A stretch of 59,555 nucleotides of DNA, the filler included, from Blastocystis sp. subtype 4 (Eukaryota), in the NCBI RefSeq assembly GCF_000743755.1. It is 5 parts of 5 records of this genome, joined end to end, with 100 filler letters (N's around TTAATTAATTAA, not from the genome) between each part and the next. Parts side by side here need not be neighbours in the genome. Positions count along the whole stretch, not along the records: positions 23,670 to 35,333 come from NW_014569241.1; positions 35,434 to 48,035 come from NW_014569240.1; 3 more parts are not named here. The stretch is one strand, 5' to 3'. Shown one piece after another: positions 25,113-35,604 of the stretch. Both the position numbers and the translations under genes were made by a program. Under the pieces are notes generated by a model. The model was given only the letters and a program-made list of their open reading frames with translations. It had not been told where the DNA came from and ran no database searches. The first letter of the stretch is position 1; each line of letters starts with the position of its first letter.

Positions 25113-27421
25113 ACACCACTTCAGTAAAAGATGACGGTCCCTTGTCACTAGAATCAAAAGCCAAAGCAGACTGACTGATATTTCCATGAACAATCGTTCC
25201 ATCAGGAATCCGTTCTGGTTGAATACGAATCTTCTTCTCCAGATGACTTCGACTCCGAGCATCAAGAATCTCGATAACCTTAGTATCCTCATATGAAGGC
25301 CGTTTCTTCGACAGTGATTCATCTGGAATGGGAATAGAGGAATGTGACGCTAGAAGAGAATCCATGTTGACTGGAGCAGTCTCAATCTTGAACTCTGGTC
25401 TCAGAACCCAGATTCGGTGTTTCTTCTCTGCAACTTCATGCAACTTAGCTTCAATCTATTAGTAATGATTCTAATGAAGTGAAACCTGTCGTTTTGGAAG
25501 ACCAGGGAATCGCTCTTGCATTTTATCGTTGATTTGCGAAATAGTGAATGCCTGTCCTTGGATCATCGTACACATCTCTCGTACCATATCATCATTTATA
25601 TTCAATTTTTTATTTGATTTATTTTTTGACGGTTCCGAAGTCGTTTCACTCTCTTCTGATTTCTCACCAACCCCCACTTCCAAACGCCGACTCTTCAACT
25701 GTTCGACTTTGCCTTCAAAGAATACAGGATCTCCAATCACACAATTGCATTGCCTTAGATCAAGACCCAAATCAATGCAATTTGCATTCGAGACTACAAA
25801 AGGTGTACTTGAAATATGGGTATCTTGATTAAGTTTTCCCTTATTACCACTAACACTACGGAATACGAGAGCACTCTTTTCCTCTGCAGTAAGATTACCA
25901 TCTCCAATATTGATATCTTCTTCAGCCAGAAATCCATCTCCATAATCCAGTTGATTAATGTCATCTCCAGACTCGCTTTCTGTATCATTGCAATCATCTC
26001 CCTGAATCTCATCATCCATTGATTCATCACTCTCTTCTTCATAATCAACGTGTTCATCTTGAGCCAAAGGTCTTCTACCATTTACAACATTACTGGTACG
26101 ATGACAGATTCCAAAGAGAACATGTTTTGAATTCGTATCAGTATCTGGGTGAATATAGCGAAACCCAAGCATATGAGGAAGTTGAATGAGCTCTGAAGGA
26201 AGTAGATCCGATTTATTAACTGTAAGAATCATATGCTTGGTTAACTTAGTTGAATCTGTGAACATCTGAGGAGTTACATCCATGATCGATGTTTCCTCAA
26301 ACTCATTGACCATTTCAATAACAGCCTCTTCTTGAGAGTGTACTTCAGAAGGAAGCGATTCAGATTGGATGATCGGACCCGTTTGAGGGTTGTTTGACTG
26401 ACTAGTTGATTCCGTCTTCATTTCTTCCATCACTACGATTTCTTTTACATGCTGATGAAGAGCCTCCAATCGTTTCTGTGATTCCTTAGATCCCAATTCC
26501 ATTCGCTCCTTCAATTCAGCTAATAATCCTTCAATCGAATGAGAAGAACTCGAAGCCTCTTTAATAATATCGACTTCGTTTGTACTTGTTTTGGCTGGTA
26601 AATCGTCCTCCTTCTCCTCAGGATCGGTATTTCCAGGATCGCTCTGTAAAGGAGTATCCAACTTCTTTGTATGCTTTAGAAAGCTTAGAATACTCATACT
26701 CTTCACAGTTTCTTTCTTTGGTACTTTCTCCTTCTTCTTATCCTTCTTTGGCGTTTTAGGTTCTTCAGGTACAGTTTCCACCTCTTCTCGGTTTGGAGTC
26801 ACCTCAGCTACTTCAACATGTGTCTCTTCAGGTGATTTACCTTTCTTTGCCTATAATGAACAAAAATTCAATATCCTACTCCTCGTTCCACAATCGTTAA
26901 TTTAATAGGTTGTTGAGCATAGTTGTCAAGATCTCCAATCAGTTGTTCATGCTTAATCAATTTCCCTTTCAACTTGAGTTTTACATCATCTCCTCGCTGA
27001 ACAGTTTCATGATTCTAACGCTCATCACAAAGACAAGTAAATACCTTGAAAAACAAGCATATCAGATCTGTAAATTCCTGTTCTTTATGCATTATATACT
27101 CACAAGTCTCTCCCTCGTAATCGACAACAATCTTAACACTATCCTCTGGATTTGTCGATAATTCTTTCTTTAAGAGTACAGTAATCTTAGATTTCTTCAC
27201 AAAGCCGGCATCCGCAAGAGTTTGAGAATCATCCACGACCTCACGCCAATCCACAATAATCCTTTGTTGACTTTCACTTAGATTATATGATTTCTACCTA
27301 ATCATGCAAGTCTGAAAACATCTACGTTAATCTCCGCCTTCAAGTCCCCTACAGTATTGGACTCTTTTAGACTAACGTGGCTTCTCGCATTCCGGTACTT
27401 TACAGATAACGATAAGCTCAT
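25113..27421 (-). CDS. CHAF1A: Chromatin assembly factor 1 large subunit (p150/Cac1)-like protein with two N-terminal ubiquitin-like domains; stop completed by poly(A)
   Basis: CAF1A motif GRRPLAQDEHVDYEEESDE...DGFLAEED, PIP-like SMSILSFLK, C-terminal winged helix PKRQIEAKLHEVAEK...WVL; four 29-32-nt introns keep one frame from ATG 27421. Confidence 0.75.
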
Positions 27422-27805
27422 AGGAAGAAGAAATGAAAAGTGAGGCAACAAGAACCAAAACGGCGGCAACAGAAAGAAGTAGATTGGAACATTTGCATAG
27501 TGAGTTTCTTCATTGAATGATCTTTACGATTACTAACAACCTATCTATGTGGAGAATCGAGATAAATCATGTTCATTCGTCTCAATATCATGTGGTACTC
27601 AGGATATATTGCATGTAGATAAAGACGAGGATAAGAAAATCAATTGAAACACATTAGATGAAAAGAGATATAATAACAAAAATGACTCCGAATTCATGAA
27701 TGTCAAGAAAAGTCAAGGTTTCATATAGCATAAAGAATGGCAGTTTTCTGCCACTTTGGTCAGATATACTGTTAAGTGCTCCAATAAGCCATTCAATCTG
27801 TTCAG

Positions 27806-30308
27806 ATGAATACTAATGTACTGTAAGAAGGAAATGAGATTTGATATGATCCACTAGTCTTCGCAAGAAAGAGCTAGATACAAGTGTATTTCCTAAGCAA
27901 TGGCTCCAATGTGAAGATGATATCATAAATAATCATCCAGTGAATGAGCATGTACTGATTTCCTTTCTAGGAGGTTTATTAATAGATTCGACGTCAAATC
28001 TTTGATGACTACATCATTTCATCAGCAAAACAACAGTAATAACATGTAGTAGATGTAAGTTCGTAGAGAACAAAGATATACAAAGTATTTGGGCCTTGAT
28101 TTGTGGATTGGAACATGGAATGTAAACGGTAAGAAGGTGGAAGAAGACATTTCTACGTGGTTGTACGCTGGAGGAGAACAACATGTTGATCTATTTGTCT
28201 TAGGACTTGAGGAAATGGTTGATTTAACTGCTTCTACTGTTGTCTCGGAATCTCAATCACAGAAACGTGCTCAGATATGGCTGGATATGATTCAAACAGC
28301 ACTACACAAAGCCAAACGAACAGAAGTAGGGAATTTAATTTAGACTTAGTATCAGAATGATGAGTACTATTGTGTGGGATTCCGAATTCTCGTTGGTATC
28401 TTTTTATGTGTATATGCTCGTGTTTCTTTACGTCCTTCAATTCAGGAAGTGATGAGTAAGATTGAATCAAACGAATGAAGAATAGCTTCAAGTGTAGCTA
28501 CAGGACTCCTTGGGATGATGGGTAATAAGGGTGGAGCAGGGATTCGAATGCGAATCAATGACAGTACAATGTGTTTTGTTTGTGTACATATGGCTGCTCA
28601 TCGAGAAAATGTTGCAGAACGGAATGCAGATTATCACAAGTATGCAAACATGCAATCATGAATCCTAGAATCCTTCACAATTTAATTTTCTCTCAGAATC
28701 AGGAATCAATCAGTGTCCTCAGTCATGATGTGGTATTTTGGGTAGAAAGCAATAGAATTGGTTCAATGTGTAGTTAGGTGATTTGAACTATCGAATTACC
28801 ACAGATGTTCCTTCTCAAGCAGTCTTTGATTATGCAAAGAGTGATTATTCGTATCTTTTGAAGAAAGATCAGCTAATGGTAACACAACGTGCTGGATTCG
28901 CTTTTAAAGATTTCATCGAACCATCAGTTACATTTCCACCTACATACAAGTACTTACGATTCAGTAATGAATATGATCAACGACCAGGGAAGAAGATTCG
29001 TGCACCAGCATGGTGTGATCGTATTCTTTACTATATGCGGGATCCTCCTCAGGATATGCAGACATCTACAGTACGAGTAACTGAATATGATCATGTTCGA
29101 TCCTATGGTTCATCGGATCATAAGCCAGTGTATGCTCGAGCAGTACTCCTTGTCAAACAGTATGACTTGAAAACATTCGAAGCCTTGTGTCAACAAGCCT
29201 TAAAGAAACTTCAATGTGGTGAGAATGCTCAGATTCCCAAAATTCTTATCAGTGAAACGGAGGTTGCCTTTGGAGAGCTGACATATGCATCTCGTCGTAA
29301 CCATATGATTCGAATTATCAACGTGGGAGATGTGAATGTGTACTTCCGTTTCCTCCCTCGTGATGCCTCCAATCGTATTTCATCACCATTTATGAAGATT
29401 CAGCCTGTTTTTGGTGTGATTCCTCCTGGAGAAACTCAGTCGATTTCCATTGAAATGGATCTTGATCTGAATGCAGAACATCAGTTGGAGAATGCTCAAG
29501 GTATCCTGGATGATATGATCGCTTTTCGTGTGAATAATGACCGGGATTACTACATTCATTTCACAGGTCGTTGCTTACCAACATCGTTCGGCCAGTCATT
29601 AGCATCACTAGTCCGACGGATGCGACCAGGTGAAGGAATTCAATATGACTGATGTGTAGCTCGTGAGAATGAGACTGTTGATCTGCAGGCTCCTCCTGTT
29701 CGTTTAGTTCCTCGAGAACTCTGGTCAATGGTTGATGTCCTGTATAAAAAAGGAATGACCCAACCGGGCTTGTGGAAAGATCCTTCGGCTGATCATACTC
29801 TCGCGGTGGTCCGTGAAGCAGTAGATACAGGAACAGATCTGATGGAATTGAAGTAAGAGTGAAGAAAAGGAGTGAGATGTAGTGTGTATGCTGTAGCGAA
29901 TTGTCTGCTAGAATGGCTGAATGCCCTACGAACTCCAGTCATTCCAGAGGAGTACCTGGAGGATCTGACATATTCAAAGAATATGAATTACCAGTTCGCT
30001 GATACATTGCTGGCAATGGTAGGAAATGAGAGAGAAGTTGAATATAGCTTCCGGAGGAAAATCGAAATGTCTTCATTTATCTGATACGGTTTTTGCAGAA
30101 ACTGCTTACGTTTTCTGATCAGAATCAACTCGATGAAGAGTTCCTTACAATGATCTTTGCGCGGGTACTAATCGGTGGGTTTGTGACGGACGAGGAAGTA
30201 GCCCCTTTAAAGAAGGTTGTCGCCCAAGAAGTGGTTGTAAACATGATCCGTTTCCTGTTGTCAAAGCGAAGTTCGGATGTAGCTGCCAGTGATTCGAATT
30301 CAGAATAG
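27806..30308 (+). CDS. OCRL: Inositol polyphosphate 5-phosphatase, OCRL/INPP5B type (5-phosphatase, ASH, RhoGAP-like)
   Basis: GTWNVNG, GNKGG, HMAAH, GDLNYR, PPTYK, PAWCDRIL, SDHKPV, ASH-like INVGDVNVYFRF, VPRELWSMVD. Confidence 0.93.
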
Positions 30309-30357
30309 TGTGGTTTTGTCTCACAGTGATGTTTGTTATTCATTCTTGCGACCCATC

Positions 30358-31167
30358 ATGTCGTCCAGTTCTGGTACCATAAAGTGGATGGGTGATTATA
30401 TTTCAGACATCCAACATCTCAGCAAACGCCACATGGAACGATTGGCTGGAATGCAGAATACAGTTGCATCACATAATGTTCCCACTTATGGAAAGAAGCT
30501 TATGGAAAGAATGGGATGGGCTGAGTATGTAGTTTGCTATTTTCCTAATCTTGCAGTGGAAAAGGACTTGGAAAGGATGGTAGTGGAATTAAGAGCAGTA
30601 TTGTTGTGAAGAAGAGAGAAAGTGACGAGGGAGTTGCGATGTGTTGTTTTTGGTAATCTGTAGATTGGATACAAAGAAGCTCAAGCAAATCGATGGAACG
30701 AATGTTGGTGGTTTGATGCGTATGACTCTGCTGCCAAAAAGATTGGTAAGAGTTCGAGTGATTCTTCCTCAGATTCGGACAGTGATTCTAACAGAGAGGA
30801 AAAGAGCCCTCGAATTTATTCTGGTATGAGAGTGGATATAATTGATATGTAGATGCCGAATTGTTTGCTGCTTGTAAAGGTCGACGACTTGGGATGCGTG
30901 CTCGAGCAAGTCAGGTATATATTGTCCCTAGTTCGTAAGGATTAGAAAGGTAAGTGGGAAAGAGCTGAAGATCCTGGAACACTTCCTTCAATTCCCGTAT
31001 CAATTTATGATGAAGAGAAGAAGAAGAAGAAACACAGAAAGGACAAAAAGAAAGAGGAAAAGAGGAAGCATAAGCACAGACATGAAGAGAAGAAGGAGAA
31101 GAAACATGATAAACAGAAGGAGAAGGAGAAGAAACACAAAAAGGAAAAGAAGGAACACGTCATTTAG
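30358..31167 (+). CDS. G-patch domain protein (GPATCH4-like) with a Lys/Glu-rich tail
   Basis: YGKKLMERMGWAEGKGLGKDGSGI G-patch; WWFDAYDSAA; ELFAACKGR; TAG at 31165 followed by TGTTTGTT at 31170. Confidence 0.85.
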
Positions 31168-31234
31168 AGTGTTTGTTTCCAAGAGGTCATACGCACTTTC
31201 GGAGCCCAAATGCCGAATCCCAAATCAAACCCGA

Positions 31235-31851
31235 ATGTTCTACACGTGCTCGAAGTGTGGAAAGCTCTTTCGCCAATGCAATGCTGCAAAGCATCAGAAG
31301 AAATGTGCCGATTCGGTGATGCATTGTTGTGATTGTGGTCAAGAGGTCAAAGCAGAGGAATTATCAAATCATACAAAATGTCCAAATGGGATATTTAGTA
31401 GTCTTCCTCCTCTTTTTAATCCAAACTCTGTATTTGCTGTGGAACGAGAATGAAAACTAGAAAACATCAAATACAAATCTGGATATGCTTCTACTTATTG
31501 ATAGAGCTGCAGCTGAAAACAAAGATGCTAGTTTAAAGGAGATGTTCAACAAATTGTGCTCTGTCGATTGCATTCCACAAAAGAAGAATGGATTCGTTAG
31601 TTATACAATGTCCCTATGTAAGACTGATCACGATACAGCAGAAAAGCTGTGGGCTGTGATTGACGCGCTTCATACCAAACAAAAAGAAGAAAAGCAACTG
31701 CGAACATCGCTTCTTGTAGGAATGTGGATTGATTCTTAAAGAATAGAAGAGAATGAAGATTCAAAGGAAGGAAAAGAAAGAAAAATCTCAGAAGAAGCGA
31801 AAATTTCCAAAGGCAATGAAATCACAAGTTACAGAAGAGAAGAAGGAATAG
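31235..31851 (+). CDS. LYAR: LYAR-type zinc-finger nucleolar protein
   Basis: MFYTCSKCG...KHQKKC...CCDCG...NHTKC double finger; IPQKKNGF; TAG at 31849 followed by TGTTTGTT at 31854. Confidence 0.72.
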
Positions 31852-31923
31852 ATTGTTTGTTTCGAACTCTGATACCGTTCTCTCCCACATAAGGATATTT
31901 CAGCTCTTCATATTTGTGTTCTT

Positions 31924-33585
31924 ATGTGGTCGCTTGCTGCAATGGAACCTGTACAAGCGGGTTTCTTGTCGCTACTTCCTCCAATTATTGCTCTCGTGCT
32001 AGCCTTTATTACAAAAGAAGTCATCTCGTCACTTCTCGCTGGTGTATTAGCAGGAACAATTATCTATACTGCAATGAAACATTTGCAGTGGTATAATGCG
32101 ATCTCAATTGTGATTTCGCTCTTAGTGGAAAAGATGTCAGAAGAAATGGAAATGATTATATTTATCACACTCCTTGGAGGTCTGATTATTATTATGAAGG
32201 ATTCTGGAGGCTCCCGAGCCTATGGACAATGGGCCATTCAACGTGTGAAATCTAGAAAAGGAACTGAATTTAGTGCATGTCTGATGTCTCTGATCTTCTT
32301 TGTAGACGACTACTTCAATTGTTTAACAACAAGTACTGTACTCAAACCACTTGCCAAATCGAATTGCATCTCTATGGAGAAACTAGCGTTTATCATTCAT
32401 GCGATTGCTAATAATATTTGTTTGCTGGTTCCGTTCTCTAGCTGGGCAGCTGCTATTGCTTCCAATATCAAGGATGCAGGTGTTTCAGGTGGTTTATCAA
32501 TCTTTATTAAGTGTATTCCATATGATTTCTACCCTGTGTTGATCATCTTGTTTGTATTGTTGCTTGTTAGTTTCGATCTGGATTTTGGTTCCATGAAACG
32601 TTATGAAGAACTTACAAAATTAAAAGGAAGGAAGAATGATCCCACAGAGAATTTATTCACGCCTCAAGGTGAGGATGAGAAGGAAGGTAGTATATGGGAT
32701 TTGATTATTCCCATTGTTCTTCTTATTGGCTTCACATTCCTTTTTATGCTATGTACTGGAGGCTATTTCACCAATCGTTCTCTGTCAATTATCGAAGCTT
32801 TTATGGAAGGAGATGCAGTTTTGTCGTTGAGCATGTCAACACTGGCTACTCTTGTCTGTGTTATGGTTATTTTGGTACCTCGAAAGCAAATGACCTTCAA
32901 TGCTTTCATAGAAAGTGTGAAGGAAGGAGCGCAATACATGGCTCCCACAATCATCATTCTTGCTGTCGCTTGGACAATGAGTGGAGTGACAAATGAACTC
33001 CTAGGAACAGGTGAGTATTTGGGTCGACTCATTACTCGATTCAAAATCCCTGTCGCTCTACTTCCAGTTGTCTTTTTCCTTCTTGTTTCTGTTACTGCAT
33101 TTGCTCTAGGAAATGCTTGGTGCTGTTTTGGTATTTTCATTCCAATTGCTGCCAAGATATGTATGATTTCAGCTCCTGACTCGTTAATCCCGACTCTTGC
33201 TGCTGTTATGGGAGGAGCAGTCTTTGGTGATCAGGCTTCATTACTATCTGAGACTACCATTCTACTAGTGTCAACAATGGAATGCACTATTCAGAGTCAT
33301 TTCAAAACACAATTACCATACCTCCTCACTGTTGTTGCTGTATCTACCTTATCATATGTTATATGTGGCTTTTCGAAGAATAATCTGTTGTTAAGTTGGG
33401 GAATTGGGATTGTGGCATTGGTTTTCACAATGCTTCTTCTCTACTATCTGTATCCAAGACTGAAATCAAGCAATCAGGACATGTACTACGAGAATGAAGA
33501 TGAAATTAAGAAAGGGTTGATGGATCAACAACAACTCGATGAGGAATTTGTTAAATCCTTTATGTATAATGACTCTCTAATCTAG
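31924..33585 (+). CDS. nhaC: Bacterial-type NhaC-family Na+/H+ antiporter or ion/amino-acid transporter, intronless, 553 aa
   Basis: LLPPIIALVLAFITKEV, SGGSRAYG, FVDDYFNCLT, PFSSWAAAI, GAVFGDQAS, HFKTQLPY; about 12 TM segments. Confidence 0.88.
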   Translation: MWSLAAMEPVQAGFLSLLPPIIALVLAFITKEVISSLLAGVLAGTIIYTAMKHLQWYNAISIVISLLVEKMSEEMEMIIFITLLGGLIIIMKDSGGSRAYGQWAIQRVKSRKGTEFSACLMSLIFFVDDYFNCLTTSTVLKPLAKSNCISMEKLAFIIHAIANNICLLVPFSSWAAAIASNIKDAGVSGGLSIFIKCIPYDFYPVLIILFVLLLVSFDLDFGSMKRYEELTKLKGRKNDPTENLFTPQGEDEKEGSIWDLIIPIVLLIGFTFLFMLCTGGYFTNRSLSIIEAFMEGDAVLSLSMSTLATLVCVMVILVPRKQMTFNAFIESVKEGAQYMAPTIIILAVAWTMSGVTNELLGTGEYLGRLITRFKIPVALLPVVFFLLVSVTAFALGNAWCCFGIFIPIAAKICMISAPDSLIPTLAAVMGGAVFGDQASLLSETTILLVSTMECTIQSHFKTQLPYLLTVVAVSTLSYVICGFSKNNLLLSWGIGIVALVFTMLLLYYLYPRLKSSNQDMYYENEDEIKKGLMDQQQLDEEFVKSFMYNDSLI

Positions 33586-33740
33586 ATGTATTCTGGATTA
33601 ATCCTTTGTTTATTCTCAAATTGATAAGCAAAAGCCAAATCCACGATGGCGAATTCATCTGCTATTAGAATTCTGTATATTTGTAATGACCACATTCCGC
33701 AGCGCTGATCAAAAGACAATGGAATAACACTTATCAACAA

Positions 33741-35333
33741 ATGAGTGAACTCCAGACATTTAGAAGATCGTATATTCCTCCTCTTCCATCCATTCTCACT
33801 AAGGATGTGTGTATTAAGAACTGTGAAGCCCTTGGTGCGGTGATCATGGTATGGATACAAAGAGGAAACAGTAATGGTATAGAGAAGATTCAAGCTCTAT
33901 TCCCCAATACTTATGGACTTCCTCGTGTAGAATACGAAGTGTGTGAGAATAAAGTATGGAGACCGATGAACATTGGTGTGGTTCTATCAGGAGGTCAAGC
34001 TCCTGGAGGTCACAATGTGATCGCTGGAATCTTTGATTTTGTGAAGAAGGTTGGTGGAAATATGTATGGATTCCGATATGGACCTCGTGGAGTATATACA
34101 GGCAAGTATGTGAAGATTGATGACAAGTTTATGGATCAATATCGTAATATGGGTGGATTTGACATGATTGGATCGGGTCGTGATAAGATCAAAGGTGATG
34201 ATCAAGTAAAGTCGAATAGAATGATTGAGACATAGTTCCAANNNNNNNNNNNNNNNNNNNNNNNNNNNNNNNNNNNNNNNNAATGCTGCTGTACTGGCTG
34301 AGTACTTCAAGAGTATAGGTCATCGTACACATGTGATTGGATGTCCAAAGACGATTGATGGTGATTTGAAGAATGAGTATATTCCCATCTCCTTTGGTTT
34401 CGACACGGCATGTAAGATCTACTCAGAATTGATTGGAAACATTTGTGTGGATGCTCTATCTGCTCAGAAGTATTATCACTTCGTTCGTCTGATGGGTCGA
34501 TCTGCCTCTCACATCACAATGGAATGTGCATTTGAGACTCATCCTAACTACACATTCATTGGAGAAGAGATCTCAGCAAAGAAGAAGTCAGTGAAGGAGA
34601 TCACACGAGAGGTTGTAGATTTGATTGTGGAACGAGCTAAGATTGGAAAGAACTATGGTGTGATTCTGTTGCCTGAAGGATTGATCGAGTTCATTCCAGA
34701 GATGGGAGCATTGATCAGTGAGTTGAATGATGTGATTGCAGCTGGTCATACTGAGCAGAGTGATATTGTGAATCATCTTCAGACGCAGTCTCGTGAGTTA
34801 TTCGAATATCTCCCTCAATCTCTTCGTAATCAACTCACATTGGACCGAGATTCTCACGGAAATGTGAAGGTGTCACAGATTGAGACAGAGAAGTTCATTG
34901 TGAGCTGTGTAGAAAAGGAGTTGGAGGAGTTGAAGAAGGAAGGTAAATATGAGGGTTCTTTCAATACGTTGTGTCATTTCTTTGGATATGAAGGTCGTTG
35001 TGGTTTGCCTTCCTGTTTCGATACGAACTACTGTTATGCTTTGGGATACAACGCAGGTATTCTGATTCATGAAGGATTGAATGGTATGATGTCAACGATC
35101 AGTAATCTGGATATGCCAGTAGAGGAATGGAGTGCTGGAGGTGTTCCTGTTACGATGATGATGAATATTGAGAGACGAAATGGAAAGGATGAACCAGTGA
35201 TTCGTAAAGCCTTAGTAGAACTAGATGGATATCCATACAAACAGTTTGTGGAACAATCAAAAGAATGGAGATTGAATGATTGTTACAGTTTCCCTGGTCC
35301 TATTCAATTCACTGGACCTGCTGCCAATATCAT
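33741..35333 (+). CDS. pfp: Pyrophosphate-dependent phosphofructokinase (long clade); internal 40-N gap and 3'-truncated
   Basis: SGGQAPGGHNVI, GGFDMIGSGRDKI, GCPKTIDGDLKN, RLMGRSASHI, PEGLIEF, HFFGYEGRC, PGPIQF. Confidence 0.96.
34242..34281. other. Scaffold gap (40 N) inside the PFP gene
   Basis: Plain N run without linker; falls where the GGDDSNTN motif is expected. Confidence 0.9.
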
Positions 35334-35433
35334 NNNNNNNNNNNNNNNNNNNNNNNNNNNNNNNNNNNNNNNNNNNNTTAATTAATTAANNNNNNNNNNN
35401 NNNNNNNNNNNNNNNNNNNNNNNNNNNNNNNNN
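35334..35433. other. Artificial contig spacer
   Basis: 44 N + TTAATTAATTAA (35378-35389) + 44 N. Confidence 0.97.
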
Positions 35434-35531
35434 ATGCTCAGAAGGCTTGTGTAGTGAAGAAGGTGTACTTCAAGCCTGGACAGAATCTGGCTCTTGATGA
35501 TGTTATCATGGACTTTGATACCACTGCCTAA
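35434..35531 (+). CDS. 3' fragment of a biotinyl/lipoyl-carrier domain, most like propionyl-CoA carboxylase alpha
   Basis: AQKACVVKKVYFKPGQNLALDDVIMDF, then TAA. Confidence 0.65.
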
Positions 35532-35604
35532 GAACTCAGTTGAGTGGTTTCGTAAGAACGTAACTTAGATATGTGTTTTTTTAAACAAATGACGATGCTA
35601 TAAG

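Noticed and set aside
31007..31453. Apparent poly-Arg protein fused to a zinc finger
   Set aside because: Out-of-frame read of the G-patch tail running across the intergenic motif into LYAR
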